Part shown: positions 57,655-63,806 of the stretch, in pieces
How positions within the stretch are numbered: the first letter of the stretch is position 1
Layout: each line of letters opens with the position of its first letter
Virus record (IMG/VR): IMGVR_UViG_3300028025_003409
Coordinates: 1-64,000 of that record
Strand: one strand, 5' to 3'
Length of the DNA stretch: 64,000 nucleotides
Origin: a virus
Program-made: the position numbers and the translations under genes
Notes under the pieces: model-generated
Told to the model about the DNA's origin: nothing
Databases searched by the model: none
The model's input: the letters and a program-made list of their open reading frames with translations, nothing else

Positions 57655-57833
57655 TGATGACACGCAAGGACTATGTTGCAACTGCTGAAATTCTTTCATC
57701 ATTCAAAGATTTGATAGGTGATGAATTTACTTTTCACGACTTAGTTGATGAATTTGGTTCAATGTTTGAAGCAGATAATCCAAGATTTGATTCAACTAAA
57801 TTTTTTGAAGCGTGTAACAAAGACACTTACTAA
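57654..57833 (+). CDS. 59-aa phage protein with MTRKDY...DNPRFD..KF..AC motif
   Basis: Manual translation; TAATG-coupled; motif recognised as common among small phage proteins. Confidence 0.7.
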   Translation: MMTRKDYVATAEILSSFKDLIGDEFTFHDLVDEFGSMFEADNPRFDSTKFFEACNKDTY

Positions 57834-58006
57834 ATAAAAAAATCCTGAGCAAGATTTAAAACTGCTCCACACTCAAAATTTTGGGACGTCGCGTTCGGGC
57901 GTGTCGTCCACATGACGCAGATCACATTCAGAATTGAGCGTGAGTTATCCACATGACCTACATCACATTTCAAAATGTCCGATTTGTGGCATTACTGGTC
58001 AGTAGA

Positions 58007-58028
58007 TGTCAGACCCCCCTGCTATACT
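58007..58028 (+). promoter_or_regulatory. PafBC/RecA-NDp-type promoter
   Basis: TGTCAG-N10-TATACT, near-identical to 56097. Confidence 0.7.
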
Positions 58029-58079
58029 TACTAGTATAAAGAAAGTCAATCAAGGTGATTGAACTAGAAAGGAATTCAA

Positions 58080-58256
58080 ATGAATTCAACAATTATCAAG
58101 TGTGTAGAACACACACCCTTCAAGTCTGCTATCTCAGAGGTTGCAGATACACAATTTACTTTTTGTGAAATTTGTGAAAATAACATTGAGCGTTGGTATA
58201 ACGATACCGACCCTGAGCGTCTACCAATGTGGACAGATTGGAAGGTATCTAAATGA
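58080..58256 (+). CDS. 58-aa protein
   Basis: GAAAGGA SD; MNSTIIKCVEH...CEICE...WKVSK. Confidence 0.65.
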   Translation: MNSTIIKCVEHTPFKSAISEVADTQFTFCEICENNIERWYNDTDPERLPMWTDWKVSK

Positions 58257-58363
58257 TAGACTTCGTAAAACAATTAGAATTAGAAAACTATCTTGCAGAC
58301 GAGCAAGTAGACCCACTAGCAAAAATGCTAGATGAACTAATAAAGAAAGGAGAATACAAATGA
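58253..58363 (+). CDS. 36-aa protein
   Basis: ATGA-coupled; MIDFVKQLELENYLADEQVDPLAKMLDELIKKGEYK. Confidence 0.55.
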   Translation: MIDFVKQLELENYLADEQVDPLAKMLDELIKKGEYK

Positions 58364-58596
58364 GTCTATCCCTTGCTAATAAAATCGCAAAAGATAAATT
58401 CTTTCTGCCCCCTTCAAAATACATAAACCACAAAGTCGTGGAGATTGTATCTTTAAATGAGGATAGCGGTATCGCTACTGTAATCCTAGAAAAATACACA
58501 ATAGGCAGAAATGCTAATGTGTATAAAAATAATAATGTGTTCACAATTGAATTGCCTTATTCCGAATTTCAAAATCTAAATGGTTGGAGTGAATAA
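58360..58596 (+). CDS. hypothetical protein
   Basis: AAGGAG SD. Confidence 0.65.
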   Translation: MSLSLANKIAKDKFFLPPSKYINHKVVEIVSLNEDSGIATVILEKYTIGRNANVYKNNNVFTIELPYSEFQNLNGWSE

Positions 58597-58761
58597 ATGA
58601 GTACCTATGTACCAATTAAATCTGTATGTGGTGCAGTAACTACCACAATTGACATCTATGACATTGAGTTAAATCCTCACGGAGTAATCTGTTGCGATAA
58701 CTGCAAGTCAATCATTCTATGCCGTAAGGCTTGGGATTTTCTATACAAGGAGAATAAGTAA
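58597..58761 (+). CDS. 54-aa Cys-rich protein
   Basis: MSTYVPIKSVCG...CCDNCK...CRKAW. Confidence 0.6.
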   Translation: MSTYVPIKSVCGAVTTTIDIYDIELNPHGVICCDNCKSIILCRKAWDFLYKENK

Positions 58762-58901
58762 TGCCACTATTTGAATTTACAACATTTATAAATGTTGAAG
58801 CAGAAGACTATGACTCTGCTATTGCTATGTTTGACTCTAATTTAGAGTATGGTGGAATTCGCAGAAGCGATGTTTATGTCGCAGAAATTGAGGAAAAGTA
58901 A
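58761..58901 (+). CDS. 46-aa acidic protein
   Basis: AAGGAG SD; MPLFEFTTFINVEAEDYDSA... Confidence 0.6.
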   Translation: MPLFEFTTFINVEAEDYDSAIAMFDSNLEYGGIRRSDVYVAEIEEK

Positions 58902-58902
58902 A

Positions 58903-59001
58903 ATGAGTTTTTATCAAACCTTTTTTGAAAGTGGCAACGCATTGTTTTGGTTTTCAATGATCTGCTTAGCAAGTGGATTTTATTTATTTGTAAAAGAGTA
59001 G
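58903..59001 (+). CDS. 32-aa membrane peptide
   Basis: GAGGA SD; MSFYQTFFESGNALFWFSMICLASGFYLFVKE. Confidence 0.55.
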   Translation: MSFYQTFFESGNALFWFSMICLASGFYLFVKE

Positions 59002-59037
59002 AAAAACGGGACGTCGCGTTCGGGCGTGTCGCCACGC

Positions 59038-59134
59038 TGTGAGATTTATCACATGGCTTGAGCGTCTCAGTATTTGGACTTACTGGCTAGTAACTTGATA
59101 ATTTGTGAGTAATAGGCTAGACTTACATAGTAAG
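59038..59134 (+). promoter_or_regulatory. promoter module (CRP site, TTACT-N4-AGTAA palindrome, TTGATA-17nt-TAGACT)
   Basis: Seen directly; homologous to 55704-55801. Confidence 0.7.
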
Positions 59135-59185
59135 TAAAAATAAATAAAAGAAAGTCTATCCCACTACGGCGTGTCTAACCGAAAA

Positions 59186-59207
59186 TGTCAGACCCCTATG
59201 GTAGGAT
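59186..59207 (+). promoter_or_regulatory. PafBC/RecA-NDp-type promoter
   Basis: TGTCAG-N10-TAGGAT. Confidence 0.65.
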
Positions 59208-59239
59208 AGAATTATCAACAAAAAGAAAGAGGTTGGCAA

Positions 59240-59446
59240 ATGTCAGCAAATGTCTATACAATAGAACACCTACTTGTAGGAACACAATACCGCTCACGAA
59301 CACTATCGGGAGAAATTATCTCAGCAGAGAAACACCCTAACGCAGTTTGGTATCAGGGTTGCGAAAGTTATCTAGTGGAAGTGCGCCCTAGTAATTTTGG
59401 AAAAGTCGTATGTCGCACAGTAGCAGTAAAGGTAGAAAATAACTAA
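59240..59446 (+). CDS. hypothetical protein
   Basis: AGAGGT SD. Confidence 0.65.
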   Translation: MSANVYTIEHLLVGTQYRSRTLSGEIISAEKHPNAVWYQGCESYLVEVRPSNFGKVVCRTVAVKVENN

Positions 59447-59568
59447 TGGGATACATAGAGATTTTTAGAATTGACAATGAGGGTGCAGGTTGGATAGACT
59501 TGGACAATGCAACACCTAGCGAATTGCTAGACCTAGAAATTGGCTTATTTCAGGAAGGGGCTATCTAA
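59446..59568 (+). CDS. 40-aa acidic protein
   Basis: TAATG-coupled; MGYIEIFRIDNEGAGWIDLD... Confidence 0.55.
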   Translation: MGYIEIFRIDNEGAGWIDLDNATPSELLDLEIGLFQEGAI

Positions 59569-59720
59569 TGGGAGTAATGAAAGAATTGCACTTAGAGATA
59601 ACTACTTGCGACCTATGCTATGGCACAGGTTGGCTATACTTTGGCAATAGCGAGGACTTTGATACAGAGTCTTGCGATTGTAACCCACACCAACTATTTA
59701 TAACTAAGGAGAATAACTAA
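59568..59720 (+). CDS. 50-aa Zn-finger-like protein
   Basis: CDLCYGTGW...CDC; TAATG-coupled. Confidence 0.6.
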   Translation: MGVMKELHLEITTCDLCYGTGWLYFGNSEDFDTESCDCNPHQLFITKENN

Positions 59721-59938
59721 TGAACGAATACCTATACTCAGTAACAACAACTAATGACGGAGAGGCTAAGCCGAATTGGATTGGTCGCTACTCAGACGCA
59801 CTAAGTGCCGTTGAAGTTTATCAGAGATTTATTGACCACGGATTTGCTAACGAATTCCGTACAGTAAATTTATCAGAGCCTAGTGGCAAAATGCATACAA
59901 AAATTTTGTATCGCAGTGGAATTGTGGGAGGTAAGTAA
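59720..59938 (+). CDS. hypothetical protein
   Basis: AAGGAG SD. Confidence 0.65.
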   Translation: MNEYLYSVTTTNDGEAKPNWIGRYSDALSAVEVYQRFIDHGFANEFRTVNLSEPSGKMHTKILYRSGIVGGK

Positions 59939-60100
59939 ATGGACATAACTACTTTTGCAAAAGGAATGAGCAAGATTGCTCCGAATTATGGCATAGGGTA
60001 TGATAACTATGGTCAGGTTATTATTTATACTAACCTAAAAGAAACTGAAAATAATCAGTATGCAGAAATGTCAGATAACGATTTTGAGGAGAATAAATAA
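59939..60100 (+). CDS. 53-aa protein
   Basis: GGAGGT SD; DNYGQVIIYTNL. Confidence 0.6.
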   Translation: MDITTFAKGMSKIAPNYGIGYDNYGQVIIYTNLKETENNQYAEMSDNDFEENK

Positions 60101-60387
60101 TGGGATCAGTTACAGCAATTGGATTAGCGGATAGCGTATTGGATTTAGAAACTCAATTGGCGTATCACTTACAGGGTAATCACTATCCACCCGTACCACT
60201 TTCTATGGTTCAGCCTTGCATAGAAGCAATTGACGCATACTATGATGAGGACTATGACCGATTTATTGCTATGCCTGAAGGCGTATTCTATAAGGGAATG
60301 AGCCACGCACCTGCCCACGCAATTGTAGACCAACACCACTTGTCTTGGTTTATTGACCCAGTAGACGAATTTGAAGATGAGGAATAA
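60100..60387 (+). CDS. hypothetical protein
   Basis: GAGGAG SD; HLQGNHYPPVP...IVDQHHL. Confidence 0.7.
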   Translation: MGSVTAIGLADSVLDLETQLAYHLQGNHYPPVPLSMVQPCIEAIDAYYDEDYDRFIAMPEGVFYKGMSHAPAHAIVDQHHLSWFIDPVDEFEDEE

Positions 60388-60388
60388 A

Positions 60389-60631
60389 ATGAATGCTACA
60401 ATGAGCGACATGGAACTAATCGAGGCAGATACACTTGCACCAGACCAACTAATGATTGGTGATTTAATAAAAGTAAACAATGACATTCTTGAAGTTATTT
60501 TTATTGAAAGTGATTCTACTGGAGATAACTACGATGTACAAGTAAAAAATGAATTTGATGAATTAGAAATAATTCAATTTGCTTATACTGATTCTATTCC
60601 ATTGTATGTTTTTATTGACTACGATGAATAA
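60389..60631 (+). CDS. acidic hypothetical protein
   Basis: Start MNATM after GAGGA; QLMIGDLI SH3-like motif. Confidence 0.6.
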   Translation: MNATMSDMELIEADTLAPDQLMIGDLIKVNNDILEVIFIESDSTGDNYDVQVKNEFDELEIIQFAYTDSIPLYVFIDYDE

Positions 60632-60820
60632 GTAAAACTATTTTTATGCACTTCCCCGCATAAAAATGGGACGTCCCGCAGTCGGGCGTGTCTGTGTATA
60701 TCCTGTGGATAACTATGTGCTACTCATGAGTAACCCTTTAAATATTTCTTTAAGATAGTTTATTTTATTTTCCCCGATTCTGGGCAAAATTTTTTGTGAT
60801 TTTTATCACACGATCAGGAT

Positions 60821-60850
60821 TTGACATTTTTATGATATGTGTGTTAGTAT
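60821..60850 (+). promoter_or_regulatory. sigmaA promoter (leaderless)
   Basis: TTGACA-18nt-TAGTAT, ATG 6 nt downstream; perfect CRP site at 60795-60810. Confidence 0.75.
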
Positions 60851-60856
60851 TGTTAT

Positions 60857-61003
60857 ATGAAAAAAACAAATGAGGAACTCCGCAGGCTTATGGAACTACG
60901 CCGTAGCAACGCTGCCTCTGCCGTGCCTTCTAAAAGGGCTTACAATCGAAAGAAATGTCAGTCCGAACTGTTACAATATAAATATCAACAAAAAGGAGAA
61001 TAG
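60857..61003 (+). CDS. 48-aa basic peptide
   Basis: MKKTNEELRRLMELRRSNAASAVPSKRAYNRKKCQSELLQYKYQQKGE. Confidence 0.6.
   Translation: MKKTNEELRRLMELRRSNAASAVPSKRAYNRKKCQSELLQYKYQQKGE
60956..60977 (+). promoter_or_regulatory. PafBC/RecA-NDp-type promoter (inside ORF)
   Basis: TGTCAG-N10-TACAAT, upstream of an AAGGAG SD. Confidence 0.65.
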
Positions 61004-61006
61004 CCC

Positions 61007-61183
61007 ATGACCTACGAAAACGATGAAATGCTAGATGAATACTATGCAACTGTATGCCCCTCATGCAAAGAAAATGCGGTAGACGCATATGAAGATAAAT
61101 GCACTCATTGCTTACTAGAAGAAATGTCTGTCCACTATAACGAAGACATTGCTCTAGAAATGAGTCTTGGCCTTGACTACTGA
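61007..61183 (+). CDS. 58-aa acidic CxxC...CxxC protein
   Basis: AAGGAG SD; CPSC...CTHC. Confidence 0.65.
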   Translation: MTYENDEMLDEYYATVCPSCKENAVDAYEDKCTHCLLEEMSVHYNEDIALEMSLGLDY

Positions 61184-61907
61184 TACACTTAAACTTAAAC
61201 GCTCTAATGATAGAAAGGTGGCTAATCTTGTCACAAAAAATGGAAAGCAAGCCGCAATCGCAAATACCTTTGGACTACCTGCTGGAAAGGCTTTCTCGTG
61301 CCCTGGTGCCACTAGCGTATGTGAAAGCGTGTGCTATGCAGGAAAACTCGAAAAACTCTTCAAAGGCGTAAAGGCTAACCTCTTACACAATTGGACCTTA
61401 CTTAAGGACGCCGATCAATTAACTATGGAGACACTGTTAACTGAAATGATTAACGATTTCCGTGCAGACTGTGTAAAGAAAGACGCCCCTATGCTATTCC
61501 GTATCCATTGGGACGGAGATTTCTTTAATGATATATACACTCATGCATGGAAGAATGTAATCAATAACAATCCTGATATTCAATTCTGGGTATATACCCG
61601 TGTTAAGTCTGCTGCACTTATACTTAAGGATGTATCTAATCTATCATTGTACTTCTCTGCAGATAGTGAGAATGTAAAAACCGCCGTTGACTTAAAAATT
61701 AATAGTGGCGTACGTATGGCATACCTTGCTAAGAACTTTGCTATTGGTCAAGCCGATGTAAAAGAAATGATAGGCAGACCTGCTGCTAAGTGTCCTGAGA
61801 ATAATAAACAAATTCCACTTATCTCAACTAACGGTAGCGCTTGCGTTTCATGCTCACTTTGTGTATACTCTAAGAGTGATATCATATTCTCTGCGAGTAA
61901 AAAATAA
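61167..61907 (+). CDS. GP88-family protein (radical-SAM-related, Cys-rich)
   Basis: FGLPAG..SCPGATSVCESVCYA, FRIHWDGDFF, FWVYTR, CP...CVSCSLC. Confidence 0.75.
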   Translation: MALTTDTLKLKRSNDRKVANLVTKNGKQAAIANTFGLPAGKAFSCPGATSVCESVCYAGKLEKLFKGVKANLLHNWTLLKDADQLTMETLLTEMINDFRADCVKKDAPMLFRIHWDGDFFNDIYTHAWKNVINNNPDIQFWVYTRVKSAALILKDVSNLSLYFSADSENVKTAVDLKINSGVRMAYLAKNFAIGQADVKEMIGRPAAKCPENNKQIPLISTNGSACVSCSLCVYSKSDIIFSASKK

Positions 61908-61979
61908 ATGAGCACTGCATTCTATTTTTGGATAATGCTAATACTACTAATAAGTTTATTAGGTGGTGGTGGTTGGTGA
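61908..61979 (+). CDS. 23-aa membrane peptide
   Basis: MSTAFYFWIMLILLISLLGGGGW. Confidence 0.4.
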   Translation: MSTAFYFWIMLILLISLLGGGGW

Positions 61980-62153
61980 TGATCCCCTGAAAAATGGGGA
62001 CGTCGCAAAATCTTTGATTTGTCAAATTACGACACGCATAAAAAATGTGGGGTTTATCACACTAGAAAATGTCATTTGGATTAGGATTTATGACATTTTT
62101 ATGCTAAAATTATACTATAAGCAAAACCCCCACAACAGAAAGGCAAGACCCAA

Positions 62154-62324
62154 ATGACACTAGGCGGATACACTTACCAAATTGGTGATTTATTCACAAC
62201 CAGCAAAACAGGCATTACGGGACGCATTAGCGATTTCACCCCTGTCAATGCTAAACTAACTAGAGTTTCATTACGCTTGGCAAACGGCGCACACCGATTT
62301 GCTATGGTAAAGACCTCTAAGTAA
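62154..62324 (+). CDS. 56-aa SH3/KOW-like basic protein
   Basis: GAAAGG SD; TYQIGDLFTTSKTGITGRI. Confidence 0.7.
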   Translation: MTLGGYTYQIGDLFTTSKTGITGRISDFTPVNAKLTRVSLRLANGAHRFAMVKTSK

Positions 62325-62355
62325 TCTCAAAATGTGAGAAAATGTCGAAATGGAT

Positions 62356-62385
62356 TTGACATTTCTACAAGCAAAATGTTATACT
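62356..62385 (+). promoter_or_regulatory. sigmaA promoter
   Basis: TTGACA-18nt-TATACT. Confidence 0.75.
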
Positions 62386-62431
62386 TAGGTATAACCAAAT
62401 AACAACCCCTAACAGAAAAGAGAAAAAACAA

Positions 62432-62596
62432 ATGGCAGTAAATACAGCAACATACAAGGTCGGCGATACTTTCACGACACAGAAGTCAAAGGTTAGCGGA
62501 GTAATCACAGAGATTACACCACAGGCTAACGGAAATGTCCGAGTAAAGTTAGATGTAGATGGCAAGCCACGCTACACAACTTGGACGGCTAAGTAA
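62432..62596 (+). CDS. 54-aa SH3/KOW-like protein, paralogue of 62154
   Basis: TYKVGDTFTTQKSKVSGVI. Confidence 0.7.
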   Translation: MAVNTATYKVGDTFTTQKSKVSGVITEITPQANGNVRVKLDVDGKPRYTTWTAK

Positions 62597-62709
62597 TCTA
62601 ATTACTAAGTGTCGGGCGTACAGGCACTATAAATAAGGGGCGAGAACGAACCTGAGCAAGTTCCAAAAAGGCTCAACACCCCCACTAACAGAAAAGGAAA
62701 CAAAAACAA

Positions 62710-63132
62710 ATGGCAAGAGGCAAAGCAATCTCAGTAAAAATCCCTACTCAACGAGTAATCACCGCACTAGAGTCTGCACTAGCAAAACTAGAGTCAGACT
62801 ACGCATCACAAGAACAAAAGGAAGCACAGTACCAACTTCTATACAAGGCTTGGCAGAAAGAGTTAGCAGATTTCGCTATTGCTAATTTCTCAAAGGCTGA
62901 GAACATTAGAACAAACTTCCGTTCTTGGAACAAGACCCTCAACATTGACTTCGACATTATTGGTAGCGAAAGCAATTTCCCTGCTGAACCTGAGAAGCAA
63001 CACGAAACTATCCATCAGCACACTTATCGTGAGCAAAAAGAGGAAATGCAAAATGCAATTCGTATCCTCAAAATGACAGATGAGGAAGTTGTAAATACTT
63101 CCACATACAATGCGGTTGCTCGCTATCTCTAA
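62710..63132 (+). CDS. hypothetical protein
   Basis: AAAGGA SD; 140 aa, coiled-coil. Confidence 0.75.
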   Translation: MARGKAISVKIPTQRVITALESALAKLESDYASQEQKEAQYQLLYKAWQKELADFAIANFSKAENIRTNFRSWNKTLNIDFDIIGSESNFPAEPEKQHETIHQHTYREQKEEMQNAIRILKMTDEEVVNTSTYNAVARYL

Positions 63133-63134
63133 GT

Positions 63135-63321
63135 GAGATTGGGTGGGGTGTAAAAGCCCCACTCATTATCCCCTGAGTTCCACGCTATTTATAGCAAGTG
63201 TCCCCTGGGGATCCTTCGCCAGGCTGATTAGGGCGATAACAGAAATACTATAGAGCCAGTTCACACCAACTGCAAGAAGTGTAACTACCTGAGTAAGTAT
63301 CAAAACTGCTCCCCGCAAGGG
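63135..63321 (+). ncRNA. candidate structured RNA (multi-hairpin intergenic tract)
   Basis: Stems GGGTGGGG/CCCCACTC, ATCCCC/GGGGAT, TCGCC/GGCGA, AGTT.ACAC/GTGTAACT, plus the CCTGAG..CTGCTC element. Confidence 0.45.
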
Positions 63322-63324
63322 TCC

Positions 63325-63354
63325 TTGACAAATGTCAGTGGTCTCGTGTACAAT
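63325..63354 (+). promoter_or_regulatory. dual promoter: TTGACA-18nt-TACAAT with embedded TGTCAGTG-N8-TACAAT
   Basis: Exact RecA-NDp geometry. Confidence 0.75.
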
Positions 63355-63386
63355 TAAATTAAACAAACTAACAGAAAGAGGCCCCC

Positions 63387-63806
63387 ATGGACCAAACAAC
63401 AAACACAGTAGTGAATGCCACAGAAGACTTTCTTCGTGACTCACTAGCCAAAGCAACATTGCGTGTTACAGAATTAGAGGAGCACATCTCTAAGGTTACG
63501 CAGCGCTCATATGCAGAGTCTGCAGATAAGAATCGTATCGTTGAAGCAATGCAAGAGTGGACCCTTGGGGCCCTTGAGCACGGCACCATTGATGAATCAG
63601 ATGCAGAAGAAATTGCAGACATCTGTGGATTTGAACTAACGAAAGAATTCGAAGTTGAAGTCACAGTCATGTATTCGGTTACCGTAAATGCTCGCACTGA
63701 AGAGGATGCACAGAATGCAATTCATGATATTGATTTTGATACTGTAGACTACAATTCAGATTCAATTTCATATCTATCATCCTCAATTGATAGAGTTGAC
63801 ATTTAG
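63387..63806 (+). CDS. acidic hypothetical protein
   Basis: AGAGG SD; acidic C-half. Confidence 0.75.
   Translation: MDQTTNTVVNATEDFLRDSLAKATLRVTELEEHISKVTQRSYAESADKNRIVEAMQEWTLGALEHGTIDESDAEEIADICGFELTKEFEVEVTVMYSVTVNARTEEDAQNAIHDIDFDTVDYNSDSISYLSSSIDRVDI

Noticed and set aside
60069-60090. AAATGTCAG as another PafBC-type promoter
   Set aside because: The hexamer 10 nt downstream is not TANNNT, and it lies within a CDS
56451-63697. Minus-strand ORFs in the early region (56451, 58076, 58221, 60169, 60930, 62365, 62890, 63166, 63368)
   Set aside because: They oppose plus-strand genes that have clear promoters, SDs and coupled start/stop codons
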